Shown: positions 1-11,336, counted from the first letter of the stretch. The stretch is DNA of 64,000 nt from Myxococcota bacterium (GCA_965250285.1 OZ252299.1:6112001-6176000), one strand, 5' to 3'. The notes: generated by a model not told the origin, from the letters alone. Numbers and translations are program-made.

Positions 1-5
1 TGGCC

Positions 6-383
6 ATGGCGGGACATCGCATTCTGATCGTCGAAGACAGCCCGACGATGCGACAGTTGCTGGTCTTTGCACTCAAGCGGATGAAGGACGTCGACATCGT
101 CGAGGCCCAGGACGGCATGGACGGCCTGCGCAAGGTGACGGGCGACGAGTTCGACCTTGCCTTCGTCGACATCAACATGCCGGTGATGGACGGGCTCAAG
201 CTGATCAGCTTGATTCGAGGCGAAGAGAACCTGGCCTCGATGCCGATCTGCGTGATCACCACCGAAGGCGCGAAGGAGGATCGAGAGCGGGCGCTCTCCC
301 TCGGCGCCAACGAGTATCTGACCAAGCCGATCCAGGCGAACAAGGTGCTCGCGGTGGCGAAGAGTCTGCTCAAGATCGAGTAG
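6..383 (+). CDS. Single-domain response regulator (CheY-like)
   Basis: Receiver motifs ILIVEDS, FVDINMPVMDG (phospho-Asp), ITT, YLTKP; 125 aa with no output domain. Confidence 0.9.
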   Translation: MAGHRILIVEDSPTMRQLLVFALKRMKDVDIVEAQDGMDGLRKVTGDEFDLAFVDINMPVMDGLKLISLIRGEENLASMPICVITTEGAKEDRERALSLGANEYLTKPIQANKVLAVAKSLLKIE

Positions 384-495
384 ATCGGCCTGGGCTGGGC
401 TAGGGTCTCGGCCGCGGGCGTCCAGGCGCCCGCGCCGCCGCGGCACCCCCCGCCTGGGAGCCCAGACTCTGCAGCTCGACGCACTCGCGAAGGAA

Positions 496-1446
496 TTGAA
501 GAAGGGGCAGATCCGCCCCGCCTATCTTCTCGCTGGCGAAGAGGCGCTTCACCGAGACGACGCCCTCGACGCCCTGCGCAGCGCCGTCCTCGATGGCGCG
601 GCCGACGACTTCAACTACGACCGGCTCGATGGCAGCCGCACGACGCCACAGGCCCTGCTCGAGAGCGTCGAGCGCCTGCCTGTAATGGCGCAGCGCCGGC
701 TCGTGCTGCTCGCTGAGCCCGAAGGTCGGCGCAGCGGTGCGAAGGCGCTCGTCGAGGCGCTGCCCGACGTCGTGAAGGGCCTCGCCGACGGCGATGGCAC
801 GGTGCTGATCGTGACCTCACCGAAGGTCGACAAGCGCTCACGCTTCTACAAGGCGTTCACCGACCCTGCGGCCGTCGTCGAATGTGAGGCGCCGAAGAAC
901 GCCAAGTCACTGCATGCGTTCATCACGAGCGAAGCGAAGCGCCAGGGCATCGAGATCGCGGCGGGCGTACCCGAGCTGCTCTCGGAGCGCATCGGTCCCC
1001 AGCTCCTGCTGCTGCGGCACGAGATCGCCAAGGCGAGCCTGCTCGCCGGGCCGGGCGAGGTGGTCACGCGCGCCCACGTCGACGCTTCGGTCGCGCAGGT
1101 GGCCGAGGAGCCGATCTGGGATCTCACGGACGCGATCGGCGAGGGGCGCGGGGGCGAGGCCATCGCGCTGCTGGCCCGCCTGCTCGACGGCGGCAGCCCC
1201 GGGCAGCCGCTGCTCGGCGCCCTGGCCAGTCACTTTCGCAAGCTCGCGACCGTGCGCGGCGGCGGCAGCGTGCCCGGGCCGCCCTTCATCAAGCAGAAGC
1301 TCGAGCAGCAGGCCCGCCGCTACACCTCGGCGCAGCTGCTGCGCTGCCTGCGCGAGATCCACCATGCCGATCTCGCCTTGAAGGGCGTCGGCGAACTGCC
1401 CGAAGAGATCGCCCTCGAACGCCTCGTCATGGGGCTCTCCGGCTAG
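496..1446 (+). CDS. holA: DNA polymerase III subunit delta
   Basis: PAYLLAGEE, LPVMAQRRLV, KVDKRSRFYK, IWDLTDAIG, ADLALK motifs; convergent with rpsT as usual. True start may be an in-frame CTG at 469 (GGGAG at 456-460). Confidence 0.9.
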   Translation: MKKGQIRPAYLLAGEEALHRDDALDALRSAVLDGAADDFNYDRLDGSRTTPQALLESVERLPVMAQRRLVLLAEPEGRRSGAKALVEALPDVVKGLADGDGTVLIVTSPKVDKRSRFYKAFTDPAAVVECEAPKNAKSLHAFITSEAKRQGIEIAAGVPELLSERIGPQLLLLRHEIAKASLLAGPGEVVTRAHVDASVAQVAEEPIWDLTDAIGEGRGGEAIALLARLLDGGSPGQPLLGALASHFRKLATVRGGGSVPGPPFIKQKLEQQARRYTSAQLLRCLREIHHADLALKGVGELPEEIALERLVMGLSG

Positions 1447-1640
1447 CGCGGCCTCGCCGAGCGTCGGGGTGTCTCCGCAGGCGAACGGCGCGCCGTGCGC
1501 GCACCGATCCCTGTCCCCGGGTTTCGGGGTCGGGATCGATTCGTCGCGTTCGAGAAGCTCTGAGGCGCGGCGGGTGCGAGGCGGCTCGGCACGCAGCGCC
1601 GCGCGCGATCGGCGCGCCGGGGGCGCCGACCGGTTCGCGA

Positions 1641-1910
1641 TCAGCCCTGCGAGAGCGCCTGCACGCTGCGCGCGAGGCGCGACACCGCGCGGTCGGCGCG
1701 GCGCTTCGGGATCACACCCTTCGTGGCCGCCTTGCGGATCGCGCGCTCGGTCAGCTTCAGCTGATCCGAGGCCGAAGCGGCATCGCCGCTCTCGATCGCC
1801 TGGCGCAGGGCCTTGACCTGGGTGCGCATGCCGCTGCGGACATGCTGGTTTCGCTTGCGGCGCCGCTCGGACTGGCGGATGCGCTTCTGTGCGGACTTGT
1901 GATGGGCCAA
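1641..1910 (-). CDS. rpsT: 30S ribosomal protein S20
   Basis: C-terminal 89 aa of the 1641..3221 ORF: (M)AHHKSAQKRIRQSERRRKRN...KAATKGVIPKRRADRAVSRL; TTG start at 1910 preceded by GGAG. Confidence 0.95.
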   Translation of the reverse strand: MAHHKSAQKRIRQSERRRKRNQHVRSGMRTQVKALRQAIESGDAASASDQLKLTERAIRKAATKGVIPKRRADRAVSRLARSVQALSQG

Positions 1911-1948
1911 CGGCCGTTTCTCCGTGGGTGGGGTCGAGTGGGCGGCGC

Positions 1949-1977
1949 ATGTTAGGGCGCACGCTCCGAGGTGTCCA
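1949..1977 (-). promoter_or_regulatory. Putative sigma70 promoter for rpsT
   Basis: Minus strand TGGACA-N17-TAACAT about 40 nt upstream of the start. Confidence 0.55.
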
Positions 1978-2147
1978 ATCGCGCTCGACGTCGCGCACCG
2001 GCCCGAGCGGTGCCTGGCCGGGTGGCGGCGCAAGGGAGGGGCGCTCTTGCTGTGCCCCGGAGGGAAAGCGCCCCGGCGCACTCCAGCGCTGCCTCCGGTT
2101 CGCCGATACGCCCTTCGAACGCGTTCGCCTCGGAGGGATCGTTCGTC

Positions 2148-4028
2148 TTGCGACGGATTCGACGTCCGGCGGGAGCCCTGCGGCTCACCGCCACCGTACT
2201 CATCTGGATTGGTCTCGGCCTCGCTCCGGCGTTCGCCGCGTCGCCGCCCGTGTCGGCCGGCGCCGCCGCGTCCGAGTCGATGCCCGCCGCGAGCGACGCC
2301 GAGGCGGCGATCCCGGCCGAGTCGTTGCTCGAGCAGAGTTGGTTCGACTCGGGGCCCGGGTTCGCCCGGCGCGGCGCGCGCACCCGCGACACGGCGCTCG
2401 CGCTCGGCGTCGAGAACTTCGAATCGGCCGCCCGCGCGATGCTCGCGACGGCGGGGGATGGCGGCGAGCTGAGCCACGCCATGGTTGCGGTGCGGCTCGC
2501 GCCCGATCTCCCGATGGCACACATGGCGCTGGCGCGTGCGTACTGGGCCGACGGCGACTGGGTCGCGGCGATCAATGCGGCCGCGGCCGGCCTCTGGGCG
2601 ATCCCGAAGCATCCAGAAGCGAGCGTGTGGCTGGTGGGATCGCTGCTCGTGATCTTCGCCGCCGTGCTCGTCTTCGGCGCCATCGTCTTCATCGGCGTCG
2701 TCGGCGCTTCGAAGGCCTCGGCCGCCATGCACGACATGGGCGACCTCTTCTCGAACCGCATGCCCGACTTCTCGCGGGCCGCGCTGCTCGCGTCGCTGCT
2801 GCTCGCGCCCATCGCGTTCGGCGAGGGGCTGATGGGGCTGCTGCTCGTGCTGCTTGCCATCGGTGCGGCCTACGGTAGCGAACGCCACCGCGTCGCTTTG
2901 TTGTCGGCCGCCGCGCTGCTCGTGCTCGGGCTCGAGGTGGTCTTTGGGCTTGCCGGCACCGTGCTCACCTCGTTCCGCGCCGACCCCGTCGCCGACGCGG
3001 CCCTCTCGGTGACCCGTGCCAACGAGACGCCGCTCGAGATCGAGCGGCTCGAGGCGAACTCGGACGAGCGCTTCGCGGCGCTGGCGCTGGCGTCGCGGTC
3101 GCGGCGCTTCGGCCAGACCGAGATCACGCGCGAGCGCTACGTCGAGCTGCTCGACGATGATCCTCGCGACGCCGTGCTGCTGACGAACATGGGCAACCTG
3201 CTCTACGCCGACGGCGATCACGCCGCCGCGATCGACTTCTACGAGCGCGCCAGCGCGCTGTCACCGTCGCCGACGCTCTGGTTCAACCTTTCGCAGGCCT
3301 ACGCCCGCGCGTTCCGCATGGAAGAGCTCGAGGCGGCACTGCACCGCGGGCAGGCGATCGATGCGGAGCGGGTCGAAGAGCTCTCGAGCCGCGGCGACAC
3401 CGACTTCGTCGCCGACGTGCCGGTGCCGACCCGCGATCTGCGGGAGCGCATGATCCAGAGCGCCGACGATGGCGCGCTCGCGAGCGAGATCGTGGACGTG
3501 ATCGCACCGGGTTGGCTCGGTCGCGGCTGGATGCACCTGGCGGGTGCGCTCGGCGCTGCGCTCGCGCTCGGTATGCTGCTCGGCGGTCGTTGGGAGCACT
3601 CGAGCAGCTGCAGCCGCTGCGGCACGCGCATCTGCACGCGCTGCGACGATCAGATCTGGAACGCCGACATCTGCGATGGTTGTTACCACCTCTTCCACCG
3701 GCCCCAGGGCACCGACCCGAAGATGCGAACGGCCCGGATCAACGCACTGCGCGCGCGTGAGTCGCGGCTCGAGAAGCTGTGGCTGGCGATCTCGGTGCTC
3801 GTCCCCGGTGTCGCCGGCTTGCGGGCGAAGCGCCCCGACCTCGCGTTCATCGGGATCCTGCTCTTCGGCTGGGCGGCCGCGATCTGGATCTGGCACGACG
3901 GCGTCGTCCCCGACCCGCTCGCGCTCGGGGGGATCGGCCCGATGGCCTTCCTGCTCTCCGGTCTCGTCGCCGGCTTCTCGTATCTGCTCGTGCTGCTGTC
4001 CGGGCTCATCATCCAGAGGAATCAATAG
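2148..4028 (+). CDS. Polytopic membrane protein with TPR repeats and a Cys-rich (zinc-finger-like) motif
   Basis: Signal-like N-terminus, several hydrophobic segments, TPR-like LTNMGNLLY...AAAIDFYERA...LWFNLSQAY, CSRCGTRICTRC..CDGC. Start placed at TTG 2148 after GGAGG (ORF track starts at 1971). Confidence 0.75.
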   Translation: MRRIRRPAGALRLTATVLIWIGLGLAPAFAASPPVSAGAAASESMPAASDAEAAIPAESLLEQSWFDSGPGFARRGARTRDTALALGVENFESAARAMLATAGDGGELSHAMVAVRLAPDLPMAHMALARAYWADGDWVAAINAAAAGLWAIPKHPEASVWLVGSLLVIFAAVLVFGAIVFIGVVGASKASAAMHDMGDLFSNRMPDFSRAALLASLLLAPIAFGEGLMGLLLVLLAIGAAYGSERHRVALLSAAALLVLGLEVVFGLAGTVLTSFRADPVADAALSVTRANETPLEIERLEANSDERFAALALASRSRRFGQTEITRERYVELLDDDPRDAVLLTNMGNLLYADGDHAAAIDFYERASALSPSPTLWFNLSQAYARAFRMEELEAALHRGQAIDAERVEELSSRGDTDFVADVPVPTRDLRERMIQSADDGALASEIVDVIAPGWLGRGWMHLAGALGAALALGMLLGGRWEHSSSCSRCGTRICTRCDDQIWNADICDGCYHLFHRPQGTDPKMRTARINALRARESRLEKLWLAISVLVPGVAGLRAKRPDLAFIGILLFGWAAAIWIWHDGVVPDPLALGGIGPMAFLLSGLVAGFSYLLVLLSGLIIQRNQ

Positions 4029-4221
4029 TGCCCCGTCCCGCGAATCCGGCTGCATTCGACCGCGACTGCGACTCGTTCGCTGCGTTCCGCTCGATCGCCG
4101 TGGGATCGACCACGCCTCACTCGCGCGCCTTGCGCTCGAGCCGCAGTCGCGCTCTCGGCGCACGCGAAGCTGAATCGACCCATGTGCGGCGACGACGCCG
4201 GACTCACGGGAAGGGGCACTA
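4026..4221. mobile_element. MITE-like inverted-repeat element flanked by TA
   Basis: Terminal inverted repeats 4026-4050 and 4197-4221 match 22/25; nested inverted repeat 4061-4075 / 4137-4151 matches 14/15; no credible coding role. Confidence 0.65.
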
Positions 4222-5343
4222 GTGGGCGCTGCACTCCACGGCAATCTCAAGGACTTCGGTATTGCCGAGGTCTTCCAGCTGATCGGGCAGCAGCGCAAGA
4301 CGGGCGTGCTCGAGATCGCCGCGCCCGACAAGCGGGTGCAGCTCGCGTTCGACGAGGGCGCCGTGGTCTGGGCCTCGCCGGTCGCTGATGGCGAGTTCGC
4401 GGTGCTGGGCGATCGCCTGGTGCGCTGCGGTCTCGTGACGCGCCCACGCCTGCAGGAGCTGATGCGCGAGAGCAATGCTTCAGCGCGGGCGCTGCCGACC
4501 TTGCTGGTCTCGAGTGGCGCGGTGGCCCAGGCCGACCTCGACGAGATCAACGAGTTGCTCAGCCGAGAGACGATCTTCGACGTCATGCGCTGGACCGGAG
4601 GTTCGTTTCACTTCACCGCCCAGCCGGTGCATCACGAAGTCCCACCCGAGAAGCTGCTGGCCGCCGAGCAGATCCTGATGGACGGTCTGCGCATGCTCGA
4701 CGAGTGGCAGACGTTTCACACACTCGTTCCCGATGAAGAGATGATCTTCGAGCCGGTCGGACAGCTCGAGACCTATCGGCAGCAGGTGAGCGGCGATGCC
4801 CGCGGCCGGTCCGACGGCGCCGAGCGCATCTTTCAGCTGGTCGACGGGCGTCTGACCGCGCGGCGCATCATCGACCTCTCACGCCTCGGCACGTTCGAGG
4901 CGACGCGCATCCTCGCCGATCTGCACTCGGCGAACATGATCACACCCGTGATCGGCAAGCCGGCGCGCAAGGCGGCGATGCCCGAGATCGAGCGCACGCC
5001 GATCCTCGAGCGGCTGCATGTCGCGGCCGCCACGATCGTGCCCGTGGCCCTGCTCGCGGGACTGGTCTGGATGAGCTTCGTCGGGCGGGGCGCGCCCACG
5101 CAGCTGACCGGACATGCCGTGCCCTCGAGTCCGCTGGCCGACGTTCGGCAGGACTTCGAGCTCCGCCGGCTGCGGCACGCGATCGAGACGCGTCGGATGA
5201 TCACCGGGGAATGGCCCGCGGGTCTCGACGAGCGCGGAGAACCGAGCGCGAGCGGGGCGTTCGCGTTGACGGACTCGGAGACGTCCCCCTACTATTACCG
5301 GCATCGGGACGGCGGCATCCTACTGCTGGCGCCGACTCGGTAG
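4222..5343 (+). CDS. DUF4388 (PatA-N-like) domain protein with a C-terminal membrane anchor
   Basis: N-terminal ALHGNLKDFGIAEVFQLIGQQRKTGVL; LGDRLVRCGLV; WTGGSFHF; ILMDGLRMLDEW; one TM near residue 270. Confidence 0.85.
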   Translation: MGAALHGNLKDFGIAEVFQLIGQQRKTGVLEIAAPDKRVQLAFDEGAVVWASPVADGEFAVLGDRLVRCGLVTRPRLQELMRESNASARALPTLLVSSGAVAQADLDEINELLSRETIFDVMRWTGGSFHFTAQPVHHEVPPEKLLAAEQILMDGLRMLDEWQTFHTLVPDEEMIFEPVGQLETYRQQVSGDARGRSDGAERIFQLVDGRLTARRIIDLSRLGTFEATRILADLHSANMITPVIGKPARKAAMPEIERTPILERLHVAAATIVPVALLAGLVWMSFVGRGAPTQLTGHAVPSSPLADVRQDFELRRLRHAIETRRMITGEWPAGLDERGEPSASGAFALTDSETSPYYYRHRDGGILLLAPTR

Positions 5344-5443
5344 GTCGCGGGACCACACCGACCCGGGGGCGGAGACACGCGGAGACGCGCGCACAAGACG
5401 CGGTCGAACCGACGCAGGATCCGGATCTCCCGCCGCGGCGGCT

Positions 5444-6538
<1,095 letters not shown>

Positions 6539-6548
6539 GGCTCTGCGC

Positions 6549-7007
6549 TTGCCCGTTCATCTCGTCGGTCCGCCCGAAGGCAAGCGCGGCAGCCGCGCTG
6601 ACGGTCGACTCCTCGCTCGGCGGGCCCGTGTGGCGATGGGCGCGATCGGTCAACGGCGATCCGAGCTGTCGATCGCGCTGGTCGACGATGGCGAGATCGC
6701 CGCGTTGAACGGCGCCTACCGCAGCAAGCGGGGCCCGACCGACGTGCTGTCTTTCTCCCTGCTCGAAGGCGACGACAGCGAGCATCGCGGCGCACTGCTC
6801 GGCGACATCGTGATCAGCGTGGAGACCGCCGCGCGGCAGGCCGCCGAGCGCCGGCGCGGGCTCGACGACGAACTCACCCGATTGATGGTCCACGGGCTCT
6901 GTCACCTGGTCGGCCACGATCACGAGCTCGACGACGAGGCCCGGGTGATGGCGGCCGAAGAGCGGCGCCTGCGGCGAGCGATCCGGGAGAGCGAAGCCGG
7001 CGCGTGA
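6549..7007 (+). CDS. ybeY: rRNA maturation endoribonuclease YbeY
   Basis: LNGAYR..PTDVLSF, LGDIVIS, HGLCHLVGHDH metal-binding motif. Confidence 0.93.
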   Translation: MPVHLVGPPEGKRGSRADGRLLARRARVAMGAIGQRRSELSIALVDDGEIAALNGAYRSKRGPTDVLSFSLLEGDDSEHRGALLGDIVISVETAARQAAERRRGLDDELTRLMVHGLCHLVGHDHELDDEARVMAAEERRLRRAIRESEAGA

Positions 7008-7213
7008 GGGCCGGGCGGGGAACCCGAACACCCGGGTGGACACTCAATGAGGTGTGATCTGCTATTCAATGGCCCGATCGCGGGTCGCGGCGTCGCCGGC
7101 GGGCATGGCCAGCCGACGCTTCGCGCCGATGATCGATCCCCCCGCACAGCCCTCGACACACCCGCGGCCGCGCGATGCGGGGCGCGGCCGAGCACGCGAA
7201 CGAGGAAGCACCG

Positions 7214-8366
7214 ATGAGCCCCGACGCCAACCCTGTCCGAGTGGACCCTGCCGAGCTCGAAGAGCGGCTGCGCGACCTGCGCAGACGCTTCGACGAGTTC
7301 CGGGGGCGTCTTTGACCCCGCTTCACTGAAGGCCCGCCTCGAGCACCTCGAGGTGGAGATGGGGCGCCCCGATCTCTGGGACGATCAGGAGCGGGCGCAG
7401 AAGGTCGCGCGCGAGAAGAGCGCGATCGAGGACGAGCTCGGCCTGCACGGTCGAATCGAGGAGGCCCTCGACGACGCCGAGGTGTTGATCGAGCTCGCCA
7501 GCGAAGAGGGCGACGCCGACAGCCTGAGCGAAGCCGGGGGGCGGCTCGGCGAGGCCGACGGCCTGCTCGCGGACGCCGAGCTGAAGCAGCTGCTCGGCGG
7601 CGAGCACGACCGTTCGAACGTGATCCTCGAGATCAACTCGGGTGCCGGGGGCACCGATGCGAGCGACTGGGCCGAGATGCTGCTTCGCATGTATCTGCGC
7701 TGGGCCGAGCGGAAGGGCTTCAAGACCGAGCTGATTCACGTGCAGGGCGCCGAGGAGGCCGGCATTCGCAGCGCCACGCTCAAGATCGATGGCGAATACG
7801 CGTACGGCTACCTGAAGCCCGAGCAGGGCGTGCATCGCCTCGTCCGGATCTCGCCCTTCGACAGTCAGGCTCGGCGACACACCGCGTTTGCGAGCGTCAC
7901 CGCCGTGCCCGAGATCGAAGACGAGGTCGACGTCGAGATCGACGAGGGCGATCTGCGCATCGATACCTATCGCGCGAGCGGCGCGGGGGGGCAGCACGTC
8001 AACAAGACCGACTCCGCCGTGCGCATCACCCACGTGCCCAGCGGCATTGTCGTCCAGTGCCAGAACGAGCGATCGCAGCACAAGAACAAGGCGACGGCGA
8101 TGAAGGTGCTGCGGGCGCAGCTCTTCGAGCGCCAGCGTGAAGAACAGGAAGAGAAGCTGGCCGAGATCACGGGCGAGAAGCGCGAGATCGGATTCGGCAG
8201 TCAGATTCGCTCGTACACCCTTCATCCCCAGCAGCGGGCGAAGGATCACCGCACCGACAAGGAGGTCGGGAACGTCGCGGGCGTGCTCGATGGTGACCTC
8301 GACCCGTTCGTGCGCGCCATGCTGCTGCACCAGTCGGGGCAGAGTGCGGCCAGAGAGTCGGCGTAG
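7214..8366 (+). CDS. prfB: Peptide chain release factor 2 (programmed +1 frameshift)
   Basis: ATG 7214 after GAGGAAG reads to CTT-TGA at 7310-7315; +1 frame continues into the 7353..8366 ORF with SPF and GGQ motifs. Confidence 0.95.
7302..7316 (+). promoter_or_regulatory. RF2 autoregulatory frameshift site
   Basis: GGGGG-CGT-CTTTGAC: internal SD-like tract 3 nt before the canonical CTT TGA C shift site. Confidence 0.92.
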
Positions 8367-8458
8367 GGGCGCGCGCGCCGCGGGCTGCGGTGTGTGCGAT
8401 GCGCGCGTTGTGAGACGCGTGAGCGTTGCGAGACAAGTGAGAGACAGGAGAGCCAGGG

Positions 8459-10438
8459 TTGGATCTCGTCAGCCTCATTCGTGAAGCACTCGGCGCCGTC
8501 GGCGGCGGTGTGGCGCTCGGCTTCATCGTCGCGCTCGCGATCGGGATGATCGCGCTGACGGTCGTCTACCTGGGCTCGGCCGTCGTCGTGCTCGATCGCT
8601 TCGCGCGCGTCGCGCGCAATCCGCTCTGGGTGGCGTTCTTCGGCGCGGTGGTGAGCGGGCTCGCCGCCGCGGCGTACCTCAGCGAAGCACGTCCCGAGCT
8701 GTCGCTCGCGGGCTGGTCGGTCTGGGGGCGCGCCTATGCCGAGACCGCGGGGGGCGTCTTCGGGGCGAGCCTCGTGCTCTCGGCCGCGACCTTCGGGGTG
8801 CTGCGCGCCACGGCTTCGAACTCGGGCCGGCTCGGCACGATCGTCCTCGGGCTTCTCGGGATCGCACTCGGCGGGCTGGTCGGCGCCGCGGGCCAGGTGG
8901 CGAACGCGTTCGTGCCGCCTCTGGCCGTCGCGCCGGTCGCGGCGGTGCTCAGCTGGCGCCGTCGGCGCCGCGCCGCCGAGGGCGAGGGGCCGAGCGAGGC
9001 CGAGCGCGGGGTCTGGCTGCTCGTCGCGACGTCGACCATCGGCATTGCCGTGGCGCTCTGGCCGGGGGACGTCGAGATCGCGGGCACGCTCGGCGCCACC
9101 ATCGTGGCAGGCGTCGGCGCGTTCACGCTCTTCGGCTTGCTGCCGCTCGCGGCCGCCGGCCTGATCGGCATGCGCCGCTCGGTCGAGTGGTTCATCGCGC
9201 TCCGCTACCTCGTCGCCGAACGTCGCCAGGTCTTCATCTCGGCCATCACCGCCATCTGCGTCGCGGGCGTCGCCGCCGGCGTCTGGCTGATCATCGTCGT
9301 GCTGTCGGTGATGAACGGCTTCGAGCAAACCTGGCGGCAGGAGATCCTCGGCAACCGGGCCCACTTCACGATTCACAGTGGCTTCGGTGAGATCGAGGGC
9401 GTCGACGAAGTGATCGAGCAGGTGCGACACGTGCCCGGCGTCGTCGCGGCCTCGCCGTACCTCGACGTCGACGGCATGGTGCGGGGTCGTGGGGGCGAGA
9501 TCTTCAGCGTGCGCATGCGGGGAATCGATCCGGACACCGTCGGTGCCGTCACGAGCCTCGACGAAGACATGCTCTACGGCAGCCTCGACGATCTCGATGC
9601 GCCGGTGGGTGACGACGGCGCGCCGGGCATCGTGATCGGCAACCAGTTGGCGCGGGCGCTCGGCGTCGGGCTCGGCGACGAGCTCGTCTTGATCTCGCCC
9701 TTCGGCGGCCCACCGACGCCGCTCGGGCCGGGCCCGCGACTGGCACGTTTCACGGTCGCCGGTGTGTTCCAGTCGAGCTTCCATCAATTCGACGAGGTCT
9801 ACACCTACGTCTCGCTCCCGGCCGCCCAGGACTTCCGGCGCTCGGGACCGGTGGTCGATGGCATCGAGTGCCTGACCACCGACTACTACCGCTCGCGTCG
9901 CGTGGGCGACGCCGTGGCGGAAGATCTCGGATACCCGTTCTTCGCCCGCGACTGGAAGGACTACTACCCGGCGTTCTTCCAGGCGCTCAAGACCGAACGC
10001 GTGATGATGTTCCTGCTGCTCACGATGATCATGGTCGTGGCCGCATTCGTGATCGTGACGACGCTCATCATGATGATCATGGAGAAGTCGAGCGACATCT
10101 CGATCCTCAAGGCGATGGGCGCGCAGGATTCACTCATCGAGCGCATCTTCGCGCTCGAGGGCACGTTCATTGGCCTCGCAGGCACCACCCTCGGTGTGCT
10201 CGCCGGCATCGCGGTGACGTCGCGCCTATCGTGGATCCAGGAACAGATCGAGATGATCACCGGCATCGATACGCTTCCAGCGAGCGTCTACCAGTTCTCG
10301 GAGCTGCCTTCGAAGGTCGACCCCGTACAGGTCGGCCTCGTGGTGCTCATTGCCATGGTCCTGTCGCTCGGCGCGACGTTGCTGCCGAGCCGTCAGGGGG
10401 CGCGCCTCGATCCGGCGGAGGGCCTGCGACATGAGTGA
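8459..10438 (+). CDS. lolC: Lipoprotein-releasing ABC permease LolC/E with a long hydrophobic N-terminal extension
   Basis: [41 protein letters not shown] motifs from ~9170 onward; overlaps the lolD start. Confidence 0.85.
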   Translation: MDLVSLIREALGAVGGGVALGFIVALAIGMIALTVVYLGSAVVVLDRFARVARNPLWVAFFGAVVSGLAAAAYLSEARPELSLAGWSVWGRAYAETAGGVFGASLVLSAATFGVLRATASNSGRLGTIVLGLLGIALGGLVGAAGQVANAFVPPLAVAPVAAVLSWRRRRRAAEGEGPSEAERGVWLLVATSTIGIAVALWPGDVEIAGTLGATIVAGVGAFTLFGLLPLAAAGLIGMRRSVEWFIALRYLVAERRQVFISAITAICVAGVAAGVWLIIVVLSVMNGFEQTWRQEILGNRAHFTIHSGFGEIEGVDEVIEQVRHVPGVVAASPYLDVDGMVRGRGGEIFSVRMRGIDPDTVGAVTSLDEDMLYGSLDDLDAPVGDDGAPGIVIGNQLARALGVGLGDELVLISPFGGPPTPLGPGPRLARFTVAGVFQSSFHQFDEVYTYVSLPAAQDFRRSGPVVDGIECLTTDYYRSRRVGDAVAEDLGYPFFARDWKDYYPAFFQALKTERVMMFLLLTMIMVVAAFVIVTTLIMMIMEKSSDISILKAMGAQDSLIERIFALEGTFIGLAGTTLGVLAGIAVTSRLSWIQEQIEMITGIDTLPASVYQFSELPSKVDPVQVGLVVLIAMVLSLGATLLPSRQGARLDPAEGLRHE

Positions 10439-11168
10439 GGCCGTACAGCGCATCGAAGAGGCCGAGGTCGCGACGCCGGTCATCGAGCTCGAGGGGCTCT
10501 GCAAGCACTTCGAGACGGGCGAGAGCCGCATCGAGGTGTTGAACGGCGTCGATCTCGCGCTGCATCGCGGTGACCGCGTCGCGATCGTCGGGCAGTCGGG
10601 CGTCGGCAAGTCGACGCTGCTTCACATCCTGGGCACGCTCGACCGTCCCAGCGCCGGCCAGGTGCGCTTCGGCGGCGAGGACGTGTTCGAGCGCAGCTCC
10701 GAATCGCTCGCCGAACTGCGCAATCGCTACCTCGGCTTCGTCTTTCAGTTCCACCATCTGCTGCCCGAGTTCAGCGCGATCGAGAACGTGATGATGCCCG
10801 GGCTGATTCAGGGGCGTACGCGCGCCGAGATGGGGCCGACCGCGGAGCACATGCTCGACGAGGTGGGACTCTCGCATCGGCTCGAGCATCCTGTGGGCAA
10901 GCTCTCGGGCGGCGAGCGCCAGCGCGTCGCCGTGGCCCGCGCGCTCGTCCTCGAGCCGCCGCTCGTGCTCGCGGACGAACCGACCGGCAACCTCGACCCC
11001 GCCACCGGCGACCAGGTCGCCGAGCTGCTCTTCGAGATGAACCAGCGGCGCGGCACGACGCTCGTGGTCGTGACCCACAGCGCGCGCATGGCGGAGCGGC
11101 TCGGTCGAACGCTCGTGCTGCGCGACGGCAAGCTGGAAGAAGGATCGGACGCGGCGGCGCTGGCCTGA
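10431..11168 (+). CDS. lolD: Lipoprotein-releasing ABC ATPase LolD
   Basis: [24 protein letters not shown] (LolD motif), [20 protein letters not shown] at 10431. Confidence 0.92.
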   Translation: MSEAVQRIEEAEVATPVIELEGLCKHFETGESRIEVLNGVDLALHRGDRVAIVGQSGVGKSTLLHILGTLDRPSAGQVRFGGEDVFERSSESLAELRNRYLGFVFQFHHLLPEFSAIENVMMPGLIQGRTRAEMGPTAEHMLDEVGLSHRLEHPVGKLSGGERQRVAVARALVLEPPLVLADEPTGNLDPATGDQVAELLFEMNQRRGTTLVVVTHSARMAERLGRTLVLRDGKLEEGSDAAALA

Positions 11169-11307
11169 GCTTCGCGCCAGCGGCTTCGAGCCGAATCACC
11201 CCGACCCCATCCGACACCGCCCGCCGCATTCCGGTTGCATCTTCGTGCGCGCTCGGGTGTTCGCCTCAAGTGATTGAGAATGCAACGGAATCGGCCGATT
11301 CGAAGCC

Positions 11308-11336
11308 TTGAATGGGGTCTCGCCCGAGACTAGACT
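11308..11336 (+). promoter_or_regulatory. Putative sigma70 promoter for the bamA operon
   Basis: TTGAAT-N17-TAGACT 100 nt upstream of the bamA start. Confidence 0.6.

Noticed and set aside
1911..3221. Large N-terminal extension on ribosomal protein S20
   Set aside because: A TTG start with SD and a promoter fit at 1910; the rest is antisense to the TPR gene.
11228..11292. Inverted repeat and IHF-like site (CAAGTGATTGAGA) upstream of the bamA promoter
   Set aside because: The match to the IHF consensus is imperfect and the stem lacks a U-tract; too weak to call.
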